From positions 1 through 59,869 of the forward strand of contig NW_027597933.1 in the NCBI RefSeq assembly GCF_964194155.1: a stretch of DNA of 59,869 nucleotides. The letters are read 5' to 3'. Numbering within the stretch: the first letter of the stretch is position 1; every line of letters starts with the position of its first letter. This DNA is from Cetorhinus maximus (Eukaryota). Below are positions 12,020 to 23,321 of this stretch, in pieces. Under the pieces are notes generated by a model that saw nothing but the letters and a program-made list of their open reading frames with translations, was not told the DNA's origin and did not search any database. The translations under genes and the position numbers were made by a program.

Positions 12020-12480
12020 ACAGTGAGATCTCGCGAGAGTCGAGCTGAGCGGAAGTTGCCTGTCGAGAGGCTGTGAGGCGGTTGACTGTCTGGGAGGCGC
12101 TTGTTGACGGTGACTAGAATGACCGCACTTGCCCACCGCCTGTCCTGACTCACCTACAGTCAGCGCTACACCCGGCTTTTTTCCCGCACCTCCGTCGCGG
12201 AACCGAGGTGAGCGCCGATTGTTGTGAAGCGAAGGTGCTGCCGGCGCCTGAGGATAACGCCAGTTGGAGGCTTTGCGGGCGGCGCCAGCTGGGAGGCCGG
12301 CGGCGGGCACTGCGGCTGCGCGTCCGGGCAGGGGGTGCGGCATAGTGTGGCGATTGACGGAGGGAATAGCCAATCAGAAGTGGTCAGTCACCAACCTGTT
12401 TTGGGATTGGGTGACGTGGGCCAATCAGATTATCTGGGAGGGAACCTGGGCACGGCTGAAGTCAGAGAAAGCAACAGTTC
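12020..12480 (+). promoter_or_regulatory. NAA60: CpG-island promoter of NAA60
   Basis: Sharp GC/CpG enrichment. Contains the TCTCGCGAGA palindrome (12029-12038, BANP/CGCG element), an ETS site CGGAAGT (12050-12056), CCAAT boxes (12370-12374, 12421-12425, inverted at 12406-12410) and TGACGTGG (12412-12419). Confidence 0.8.
12060..12207 (+). other. NAA60: Probable non-coding exon 1 of NAA60 (start approximate)
   Basis: Strong donor GAG|GTGAGC at 12207/12208 inside the CpG island. The transcription start is inferred only from promoter motifs. Confidence 0.55.
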
Positions 12481-13429
12481 TTGATTGAATTGTTTTGGGT
12501 TTGAAGGGTTTGGGTGCTGGTATTTCTGTGTTATCGATGCTGGGTGGATTTGGAGTGGTGATAACTAGTGTTTGCACAGTTTGTTAAATGGTTTGTGCAA
12601 TAGGGAGGACATTGTGGAACAATATTTTTCACTAACACAATCCATTTCAGTTGATCAAAAAGAGAGGAGGCACCCTTCAAATGTGGGTGGGTGGGTGGAG
12701 GGTTATATTCGATTACATATCTTTGCACACCCTTGCAGATCGTGAAACATTGGGGATCAGTAAGGTAATGTGTAACGGTGTGTTTACCCAATATAAGCAC
12801 TAAAATTATATTTTTGTGACAGGTACAGTATCTCATATACTTTAGAAAGCATCCTGTTGATGGTGCCTTCTAACTGATTAGAATGGAACATGTTATGTGC
12901 TTCTTGTGTGAATGGGTGAAATCGAAATGGCAATGTCACAGCCAGTATTCCCAATTCTGCAATGTAGTTTGCGCTCAATAGAACCCACTTACAGGAGTGT
13001 GGCAGATTAACTTGTGTACTTTTTTTGCTCTTCAATATGAGTGCTCTCGTCAAATACAGTCGGCCCCAGTAAAATGTATCACCTGTGTTCGATCAACTTC
13101 ACAGTGAAATTGTGTGTACCTTTATCTATCACATAGTTTGCAGTTTAGACTTTGCGATCATTGACCAGCTGAAAATTTCCTCTGCAGCTCCACTATTTTC
13201 TTGTTTACGGCATCTATGAGGGGCTGGGGTGGGGTGAGGGTAAGGGCCCCTCTTGCAGTGGTATCCTCTGGCTACCTTCAGTTATCATTCCCACATAAAC
13301 ACTCCCTAAAACTACTAGTATTGATTGGGAACCATCTTCAGCACTGTAGGTCACAATTTGTCCAATAACATAACCACTACACTGTAATTCTTCAATGAAT
13401 TAACATATATGAACATTAGAATTCACAGG

Positions 13430-13685
13430 GCAGCTAAGAGTCCAACCAAGTTGGTATGGGACTAGTCTCCTGTGGAGACTAGACTTGAAAAGGATGGCAG
13501 GTATCCTTCCTAAAAAGACATAATTGAACCAGTTGAGTTTTTACAATTTTCATGGTTACCAATACCAGATATTTAAAAACTGAATTCAAAATTTCAAACT
13601 GCCATGGTGGGATCCCAACTCTCATCTCTAAACTATATGTCAAAGATTCTGGATGACGAGTTTAGAAACATAACTGGTACACTAT
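13430..13685 (-). mobile_element. Decayed tRNA-headed SINE
   Basis: Reverse-complement similarity to the SINE at 15665-16065 and to 57655-57835 and 58255-58590. Confidence 0.55.
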
Positions 13686-13912
13686 AAATCTTCTCTATCT
13701 TTATTGGGGGGAGGAGGCTGTGGACAGTATAAATTATATAGGAAATTGCCATTCATCATAAAAGAGGTTGCAGTATGTGGGATTATTAATAACATTAGCA
13801 TGTTTTAAAATCTCCTCAAAATATAATTTACTATCTTCTAGGAAATAATTTTCACATTTTACGAGTTCTTTAGACTTATAGCAACTTATATTTTCTCTTT
13901 GACTCTTTCCAG

Positions 13913-13982
13913 AGTTAATTTAGTGATAGAGACTTTGACCTTTCTGTACCAGGAGAGCTTCCACTGACCTCAATGAGTTCTG
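13913..13982 (+). other. NAA60: Probable 70-nt 5'-UTR exon of NAA60
   Basis: Long pyrimidine tract plus CAG acceptor (ttttctctttgactctttccag, ending 13912) and donor CTG|GTAATT at 13982/13983, ~220 nt before the ATG exon. Confidence 0.55.
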
Positions 13983-14205
13983 GTAATTCAGACCGGCCTT
14001 GTGACTAATCTGGAACTGAATCAGTCAGGAAAATATTACCATCTAAATGCCACCGCATCCTGGCTAGCAGAGGCCTTCTGGTTCTTCGTTTAGCGGGACT
14101 CCATTCAATGTACCTATTTGTCTGTCTTTTAAATAAGGGTAACTTAATCTACTATACAGTAATTTCAGCATGTCATGGGCAGTTTGTTTTCCTTTTCAGC
14201 TGTGA

Positions 14206-14315
14206 ATGACAGACATCGTATCCTCCACTGTACTTAGTGAAATACAACTTCGGTTACTCTGTCATGATGACATAGATACAGTGAAGCTTCTATGTGGTGA
14301 CTGGTTCCCAATAGA
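14206..14315 (+). CDS. NAA60: N-alpha-acetyltransferase 60 (NatF), coding exon 1
   Basis: Translates to MTDIVSSTVLSEIQLRLLCHDDIDTVKLLCGDWFPIE, matching the NAA60 N-terminus. Acceptor ttttcag ends at 14199 and donor GTGAGT starts at 14316. 110 coding nt. Confidence 0.96.
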
Positions 14316-14723
14316 GTGAGTATAACTAGCATTTAATTTTCTTTCCTTCCTATCAATTTTTCAGAGTAAGGTTTGTGGCCTTCTTTGACTAAATATTTCG
14401 TAGAATAGCAAACGTACTTCATGCAGATATTCCCTCCCCTATTAATCCTACCAAAAATGTTGATCTTTTGTTCACAGTCACTGTCTTTAACAAACAAAAT
14501 TTACTTTCAAGCCTTGCTTCAGGATAAAGTCATTTTATTATGATACTGTATTGGTCTGATTAAAAATTATGAATTTAGACTGGGTGCTGGAAATATCAGC
14601 AAAATAATTGCAAATGTGAAATTAACCAACATTGGTGATGCTTTTGTGTTACAGTTACAATATAGCAAACTATTTTACAAAACTTGTAGAAAGAAGGTTG
14701 ATCTTGTCTTCTGCTTTGAGCAG

Positions 14724-14853
14724 GTACCCAGATTCATGGTACCGGGACATCACTTCCAACAAGAAATTCTTTTCCTTGGCAGCCACATATAAAGGTGGCA
14801 TTGTGGGGATGATAGTGGCCGAAATAAAAAGTCGAGCAAAAGTACATAAAGAG
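14724..14853 (+). CDS. NAA60: NAA60 coding exon 2
   Basis: YPDSWYRDITSNKKFFSLAATYKGGIVGMIVAEIKSRAKVHKE. AG/GT bounded, 130 nt, phase-compatible with exon 1. Confidence 0.97.
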
Positions 14854-15664
14854 GTACGTCTTCACAATGCATTTTATAGACATGTGTTCCACATTCCATT
14901 TCAAATGCAAGAACTCTTAAGGAACAGTATTGGTGCTTTTTTTAAAAAACAATACCTGTTTACTGATAGAATGTGGTGCAGAATATATTTATCACAAGAT
15001 CAGTTTACTGTAAATAATGCAATACATAGTCAGGCCTTGCCTGATAAAGATCCTTTCTTTAGTTTAAAAAAAGTCCTCTGGCTATTAACTCGCTTATTGC
15101 AACAACGCTAAACAAACCAGCAAATTATTTTTGTTTGACGGGAACTACAAAATTAATATATTAAATAATTATAAATAATAAGGGCCTAAGATACTTCAAC
15201 CTAGTACGGCAACATACAGGCAAGATTTAATGTTCTTCATTTGCAGTAAAATTATTACTATAATATATGTTGAAAGTGAAAAAGGCTGCAGTGATTTCAA
15301 GACCTTGGAAGTGATGCATAATACAAAGCACTGTATGTCCCACTGGATCATTTGTCCTACTTTAGTCTTTTTGTTACCAAAGAAGCAAATTATCAAAGAC
15401 AGCAATAGTTGATTTTTATGTGTTTTAACATGGTTACTGGAATAAAGTAAGGAGCTCCTTTGATGGCTCAGTGGGTAATTATACTTTGTTGTCTGGCACT
15501 GAACCGTATAAAGCAGGGAGCCCCAGGTTTGATAAGATGATCTCAGCCTGAGAGATAGGGGAGAAGTCAGTGGGAAGTAGAGGAAAGATCAGCAGCTTTC
15601 CCACACCTGATTTCTACTCCATAATTCCTGCTAGAAGTTCACATGTATTATTAGGCAAGGGGTG

Positions 15665-16065
15665 TGGTAGTGCTACAGTGGTTATACTATTGAAGTTATA
15701 ATTCAGAGGCCATGACAAATGATCCAGGGATATGAGTTCGAATCCCACCAAAGCAACTGGGAAATTTAAAGTCAATTAGCTAGATAGATCTAGAATAAAA
15801 AGCTAGTATCAGTTGGAGTGACCATGAAGCTACCGAATTGTCATAAAAAATATTTTGGCTCATTAATATCCTTTGGGAAAGAAAAACTGCCATCCGTACA
15901 GAGTTTATCCTTTATGTGACTTAAGATCCGCAGCAGTTTAGTTGACTCTTAACTGCCGTCTGAAATGATGTAGCAAAGCTTTCAGGAAGGTGGTTCACCA
16001 CCACCTTCACGAGGAAAATAACTTCTTGCTAGCAACGCCCGCATCCTGTGAATGAATAAAAAAAA
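15665..16065 (+). mobile_element. tRNA-derived SINE with LINE-like tail
   Basis: A-box-like tacagtggtt and B-box gagttcgaatccc (~15734-15746). The 3' end ...caccaccaccttc...gaatgaataaaaaaa is shared with the second LINE family. Confidence 0.7.
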
Positions 16066-16551
16066 AATGGGCAGATAGCATAGTTGTAGCAAAATAGCTT
16101 GGTGCTGCTTTCTGTTCTGATCACAAAATAAAGAAAAACAACTTCAGCAAGAGCTGAATTCAATAAGTCCTTAGCAGACCAAGTGAGAAGGTAGCTAAAG
16201 AATGATTTTTGCTTGGTTACTTACACTTGTATATTTTACTAAGAAATACGTTTCAAAATAGTAGAATGAATTAAAAAATTGTACAACTTTTTTCAAAAGC
16301 AAAACTGAACAAAATTCTTAAATGAATGCTTAGAATATGAAACAAAAGTCCTGAAATACCCAACAGGTCAGACAGCATTTGTGAAGATGGGGAATGATAT
16401 GTGTATTTCCAATGCTTCCTGCTTTTGTTTCTGGGCAAAACTCTTAAAGATATTGAACAATGTGTGAGATAAATTACCAATCAGAATTAATTTGATCTTC
16501 AATAATCTACTGGAATTGGATGATGTTCTCTCTTCTTATTGTTGCCTACAG

Positions 16552-16648
16552 GATGGAGATATTCTGGCCTCTAGCTTTCCTATAGAGATACAAGTTGCTT
16601 ACATTTTAAGTCTAGGGGTTGTAAAAGAATTCAGAAAACATGGAATAG
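16552..16648 (+). CDS. NAA60: NAA60 coding exon 3
   Basis: DGDILASSFPIEIQVAYILSLGVVKEFRKHGI(G), containing the acetyl-CoA motif RxxGxG. Bounded by ctacag and GTAAGT, 97 nt. Confidence 0.97.
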
Positions 16649-18159
16649 GTAAGTGTATTAACTTGCTTCCATTTTATTTCTAGTGTAAGACCTTGTTTAA
16701 ATATCCTAGGTTTATGAAGATTGAGACCACCATTTGTAATTGATGGATTTAAGACAGGATGTCAGGATTGTTGGCAGGCCGATGTCAACGTTTCTGAACA
16801 TTAAAAGAAAACAATTTGAAAAATTCTGTTGGTTTTAAATGATTTTAACATTTCAATCTGACCTAAAAAATTAAGTTTATTAAGTGTAAGTGGCCATGTT
16901 ATATGAACATTCTCACTCCTAAAACATCTTGTCCATTTGTCTGTAATTGCGAATAATAACTGACTTAATGTCCTATTTACAAGAATTATATTTGATTTTT
17001 AAAAAAAGCTTACAGAATTCAGTTTGATTTTGGTTTGATGTCTAGAACTGAAGTAAGTAAAAATGAAATGACTGTGATGCAACCAGTACTCCTAATTCTC
17101 TAATGCAATTTGTTTCATGCACTCGGTTTGTTGTAGAACACTCTGATAAAAGTAAAGGCAGATGAACTCTGTGTGCTTTCTTCACCCTGGAGATTAGAAA
17201 CTCCGTCGTGAGTGCTCTGGTCAACCAGGGAAAATTACGGGGTGGGTTTCAGTAAAATCCTTCTGTGGTGCTTGAGCAACCTCATGGCAACATTTTACTT
17301 TGCAATTGTGAGTTTGCTGTCATTAACCTGCTGGGAATTTTCCTCTGCAGATTCGTTGCTCTTTGCCTTCTCATCCCTTTTGGGGTGGGATGAGGATGTG
17401 TGTAAAGGTTCCTCTTCACTAGGAATAAAAATAATTGACTACCTTCAGAGCTGTCACTCCCACACAAACACCCAAAATCATAAAGTGAGCATTGGTGCTA
17501 GTTAAGGGCTGCTAGTACTGATTGGGAACGAGCTTTACCGCTCACTGTAAGTGATGGCTATCATCGTAAAGCACAGCTATTGAAGAAAAAGGGGAAAATA
17601 AGCAATTTAGTATGGGGTACAATATATTGGTGTACAAAACTGCTGCATTACTATGTAATAGGATACGATTGTATTATATGATTCACTGCATGGAGCCATA
17701 TGATCAGACTACTAGCTTGTCTTCTCAGTTATGGGGGAAAGGGCGGAAGACAATGTAACTTTTTTGTGATCTACTTTGTCAAATTGATATTTTAAAGCAA
17801 AGTTGAGCATTTTATATTTCTATCAAAGTTAATGGTTTTTAAAATACTTTTACAAATTAAACAATGCCTTCATATATGTTCTGAACATTTAATATGAGCT
17901 GAAGAATAATAAGGCAGCCTGATGGCACTGAAAGCTGGAGCTTATTGAATGAGAAAGTGCCAAGTAGAGGCAGCAGTGTCCCTTAGCAAGAGAAAACAAA
18001 TCAGAAGAAAGACTCCTTTGACAGCCTCTTTCCAAAGAACACAGCACTACATTTCTATATGAATTGGTTAAATAATAGTAAACTCTGGGTATTGCCAGTG
18101 GCAGGAGTTTTATTTGGATACCTGTGATCAGTGAAGTACCTTGTGAATCAGTTACTAAA

Positions 18160-18970
18160 CCAACAACAACTGCTTTTGTTTTTATATAACACCTTTAATG
18201 TAATAAATCTGCCCAAGGTGCTTCACAGGAGTGTTTTTAAAAGAGCGAAACTTGAGCCATATAAGATGATTTTAGGGCAGATGGGCAAAATCTTGATCAA
18301 GGAGGTGGGTTTTAACAAGTGTCTTAAAGGAGGAAAGATTTAAGGAGGGAATTCCAGAGCTTAGGGCCTTCAGAACTGAAGACACAACCATCAGTGGTGG
18401 TGCAATTAAAATCAGGGATACTTGGGGTCAGAATTAGACAAGTGCAGATATCTTGGAGGGTTGTTGGGCTGGAGGAGATTATAGAGATGGGGAGGGGCAA
18501 GGCCATGACACGTTTTAAACACTAGGATGATAATTTTAAAATCAAGGCATTGCTTAACCAGGAGCCAGTGTAGGTCAGTGAGCACAGGGTTGCTGAGTGA
18601 ATGGGAATTGGTGCAAAGGAAATGATCAGCAGAGTTTTGTATGATCTCAGGTTTACAGAGGGTAAAATGCTGATGCTGACTAAGATTGCATTGAATAGTC
18701 AAGTCTAGGGGTATCAAAAGCATGGATGAGGGTTTCAGCAGCAGTTGTGTCATGAGGCAGGGCAGACTCTAGTGATGTTAGAGAAGTGGAAATAGGTGGT
18801 CTTAGTGAAAGTCCCGGAAAAGTGGCCAGAATCTCTTCTCCGGATCAAATATGACACCACAGTTGAGCTTAGTCTGGTTTAGTCGCAGACAGTTGCCAGG
18901 GAGAGGGATAAAGTCCGTAACCAGGGTACAGGGTTTAGTGGGGACCCAAGACAATGCCTTTGGTCTTCCC
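18160..18970 (-). mobile_element. L2 LINE 3' fragment
   Basis: ORF 18412-18753 reads IIQNSA...PVLTDLHWLLVKQCLDFKIIILVFK...GLAPPHL, and 18324-18506 reads FSSEGPKLWNSL. Both are typical L2 C-terminal motifs. Confidence 0.8.
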
Positions 18971-19162
18971 GGTGCTTTACAATACTGGTCACACTTTAAA
19001 TTTATTTTGATTTGGGGCTTAAAAGTAACATGATAAATTGTGTGGAAAAAAATATATAGTTTGAGGAAGGGGATATATTTCAGAGGTTTATTTGGGAGGA
19101 GATTTTGGCATTTGACTTGGAAATACTAAAATAGCAAATAAGACCACAAAGTAAGGGGAATT

Positions 19163-20485
19163 TCTCCAGGTCCAGATGATTTGTGTCCCAGACTGCTGAG
19201 GGAGGCAAGGGAGGAGATCGCAGGGGCTCTCACCCAAATTTTTAATTCCTCTCTGGCCACAGGGGAGGTGCCAGAGGACTGGAGAACAGCTAATGTGGTT
19301 CTGCTATTTAAGAAGGGTTGTAGAAATAAGCCAGGGAACTACAGGCCAGTGAGTCTCACGTCAGTGGTAGGGAAACTATTGGAGAAAATTCTGAAGGAGA
19401 GAATCTATCTCCACTTGGAGAGGCAAGGTTTGATCAGGGATAGTCAGCATGGCTCTGTCAGAGAGAGGTCATGCTGAAACAAATTTGATTGAATTTTTTG
19501 AGGAGGTGACCATAATCAACGTAGATGACTATGTGGGGGGTAGGATTAGTAAGTTTGCGGATGACACAAAGATTGGCCGGGTGGTTAACAGTGAGGTTGA
19601 GTGTCTTGGGCTACAGGAAGATATGGATGGGATGGTCAAATGGGCAGATAAGTGGCAGATGGAATTTAACCCTGAAAAATGTGAGGTGATACACTTTGGA
19701 AGGAGTAATTTGACAAGGAAATATTCAATGAATGGCATGACACTAGGAAGTTCTGAGGAACAAAGGGACCTTGGCATGTGTGTCCATAGATCTCTGAAGG
19801 TGGAGGGGCATGTTAGTGGAGTGGTGAAAAAGGCATATGGGACACTTGCCTTTATCAATCGAGGCATAGATTACAAAAGTAGGGAGGTCATGTTGGAGTT
19901 GTATAGAACCTTGGTGAGGCCACAGCTGGAGTAGTGTGTGCAGTTCTGGTCGCCACATTATAGGAAGGATGTGATTGCACTGGAGGGGGTGCAGAGGAGA
20001 TTCACCAGGATGTTTCCTGGGATGAAACATTTATATTATGAAGAGAGGTTGGATAGACGGGTTGTTTTCGTTGGAGCAGAGAAGACTGAGGGGGCGACCT
20101 CATCGCGGTGTACAAGATTATGAGGGGCATGGACAGGGTGGATAGGGAGCAGCTGTTCCCCTTGGTTGAAGGGTCAGTCACAAGGGGACATAAGTTCAAG
20201 GTGAGGGGCAGGAGGTTTAGGGGGGATGTGAGGAAAACTTTTTTCACCCACAGGGTGGTGATGGTCTGGAATGCACTGTCTGGCAGGGTGGTGGAGGCGG
20301 GTTGCCTCACATCCTTTAAAAAGTACCTGGATGAGCACTTGGCACATCATAACATTTAAGGCTATGGGCCAAGTGCTGGTAATTGGGGTTAGGTAGGTCG
20401 GTCCAGTGTGTCTCGCGTGTCGGCGCAGACTCGATGGGCTGAAGGGCCTCTTCTGCACTGTGAGATTCTGTGATTCTTGATTCTG
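19163..20485 (+). mobile_element. CR1 LINE, 5'-truncated, with an internal RT deletion near 19512
   Basis: PEDWRTANV...NYRPVSLTSVVGK...NLIEFFEEVT is joined directly to ...[11 protein letters not shown], so the YLDF/PQGS block is missing. Ends in a (gattctgt)-type tail. Confidence 0.93.
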
Positions 20486-21995
20486 AGTACATCAGGAAAA
20501 AAGTTGTTTTCTTTTTGAAGAAATGCTTTAAGTGTATGGCAGTAAATGCGAACAAAATTTTGGGTATTTAAACACATCTGTGTCCAAAGAAGTGAGCATA
20601 GCACTCTAAAAGATTTAGTGAGACAACATTTGGGTATATTTTGTACGATTGTAGTTAGGGGGGTGAGTTTCCATAAAAACATCACAATTTTTTCTAGGCT
20701 TTCCATGGCTGTTTGACACCAAGTGAGTGAGAGAAGCCCCAAAAAAATTCACTTCAATAGTGTCTACGAAAAGACATAGAGATAGTACAAATGATTCGGA
20801 CAAAGACATCAAAGGTAACATCAGGTTTTGCATTAACCAATTCTGAAGAATGGTTCGATAAGCTGAACTCATTCCTATTACTTGAGTAAGAAGATTTAAA
20901 GAGAGGACATGATTCACACATTTATAATAATGAAAAGTACAATGCGAATGTATTTTGGGCAAAACCAATTTCAGTAGCTAGAGAATATGATTACAATAAG
21001 TTATTGTATAAATTTAAGAGGTAATTTCTTCAAATTTGTTATTAGCAGACATGGGAGACTAAGTGCAATAGTTGTAAGTTCTATCTGGGTATTCAGAATT
21101 CCTGTTCCATCAGAAAATTCTAAAGGTTAAGTATGAATTCAGTGGACGATATTTGGAAAGTAATCAGGCTCTGAAACAAGGCCTTAGTGCCAGAAAACAC
21201 TGAATAATGTTTTCTTCTTATGTTCTTGTGTTCCTGTTGAAAATAAAATACTGTATACATGTGCACCTTGCAATGATGAATCTCCAAATTTCTCACATTG
21301 TGGGGAATCATCTGGTTTCTGTTGTGCTGCCTTAGACTGGTTGAGATTGGGGAATCACGTGATAAATTGTGTTTTATGTCATAGCAAATTGAGACTTATA
21401 ACATGAGTTTTTGTTTATGATAATGAAAAATAAGCTAGACTAGGAGCCAACAACACCAGCTTGAAATGAAGAGAAGGATCCTGCAGTTTAACTAAAATCA
21501 GTATTAGGCAATATCTAAGGTTTGAGAAATAGAGGCCTCGACTTTGTATGCCTTGGGGATGAAAAAAATGTTAAGTGGGGAAGAAAACTGAAGCAAAATA
21601 CAAAAGAAATGTGAATTTGAAATGTACAGTTAGTAACTATGGTAATTACAACTGTATGTTCTATATATTTCAGTTTGAATTGGTACTTTTAATGGATCTA
21701 GAGATAAATCCATAGATGCCCATGTTGAGAGATTTTAGTACCAGCTGTGTTTATATTTTCATGCATGCGTATGACAGTTTGGTGGGCCTTCATAGGAAAG
21801 AAAGGTTTGTGGAACCCAGGTATTTCTTAACAAATAGGACATCTTTTTACTTCAATTAGAGTTGATAGAGGTGTTATTTGCTACTATATGTACTCTCTTA
21901 GATTTTTCTTCTTTAAATCAGGTTTACTTCCTATGTATTAAAATGTAAAATCTTGAAGTCTGTTTTAGTGACTACTATTTCTTATTATTTTTAAG

Positions 21996-22230
21996 GTTCA
22001 TTATTACTTGAAAGCCTGAAGGATCACATATCAACCACAGCTCAAGATCATTGCAAAGCGATCTATTTGCATGTCCTTACTACCAATAGTACTGCCATCC
22101 ACTTCTATGAAAATAGGGACTTTAAACAACATCACTACCTGCCCTATTATTACTCTATACGTGGTGTTTTAAAGGATGGCTTTACGTATGTTCTTTATAT
22201 CAACGGAGGACACCCTCCTTGGACAATCTT
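21996..22230 (+). CDS. NAA60: NAA60 coding exon 4
   Basis: SLLLESLKDHISTTAQDHCKAIYLHVLTTNSTAIHFYENRDFKQHHYLPYYYSIRGVLKDGFTYVLYINGGHPPWTI. 235 nt, ending at the U12 donor ATATCCTTT. Confidence 0.97.
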
Positions 22231-23282
22231 ATATCCTTTAAAGAGAATTAAGATCCTTAACCCCAAAATATATTTTCGCTGCATTTAACTACAAAAATTT
22301 TTGTTGCAATTGTTTAATAATTTATAGGCTTCAAGTTTTTAAATATTATAATTCCATAGAAAAAAAACATTTGATTGATGAATAAGATTTTTAAAAATAA
22401 AATTTCAAGCATTTTAGCTTATTTTAAATCTTTTTTATCTTTAATATTTTTAACACTAAGATAATGTTTGTTACTAGCTTTCACATAAGATCTGTGATTT
22501 ATTATATTTTATAATGTGTTAATCAAAACAAACTGAATTGAAGTGAGTTGTTAAGAAAATTGCTAATAGTAAGTTATTTTGTTTGGAAGAAGATTAGCCA
22601 CCCACAGGTGTAGTGGATTTGTCTCTAACGCTAACTCATACAGGTAGAATTTTATTTTAGTTTGAATGATTCTTGCAGGCTTAGTTGTATAACAATGAAT
22701 CCTCTGATACAAATTTGTTACACGACAACCATTGTGCAATTCTTTGTCTGAATTGTCAGGTTCATAATCAAAGTGATTGGAATTATTCTTCCTGTATTGG
22801 TGTTGGGAGAACCCTCATTTGGGGAATGAGCGCCATTGTCTTAAATATTATTCTTTAGCTTGGGCCTACCACTTGCATACATTTCGCCAGTTACACATCA
22901 GTGTTAACTTGAGTTAATAACCTTACCATTCAAGTAACACCTAATATAAAATCCACCTAAGGAATGAAATTAAGAATCAATAGAAATTGAAAGATAAAAT
23001 CCTTTAATGCTTCATTGGATGTCCAATTAAACATAAAATACTGTCTGAAAACATGTAATTGGATAACAGTATAGCTTATCCAATTGTTATAGTGTTTGAA
23101 TCAGTTCAGCTAGCAGAATGATCTTTCCCTTGGATAGGAAAGGAGCATTTTGCCAGAAACCAATGTACTGTTAAACATAGAGATAAAAACAAAAAACTAC
23201 TGCGGATGCTGGAAATCCAAAACAAAAACAGAATTACCTGGAAAAACTCAGCAGGTCTGGCAGCATCGGTGGAGAAGAAAAG

Positions 23283-23321
23283 AGTTGACGTTTCGAGTCC
23301 ACATGACCCTTCAACAGAACT
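23283..23321 (-). ncRNA. Minimal hammerhead ribozyme motif, variant core
   Basis: The minus strand reads AGTT-CTGTTGA-A-GGGTC(ATGTG)GACTC-GAAAC-GTC-AACT. Confidence 0.6.

Noticed and set aside
14632-15111. 159-aa ORF as a standalone gene
   Set aside because: Only 14724-14853 is NAA60 exon. The remainder is intronic read-through.
15665-15760. tRNA gene
   Set aside because: A/B-box-like motifs are present, but there is no cloverleaf and the sequence continues into a SINE body and tail.
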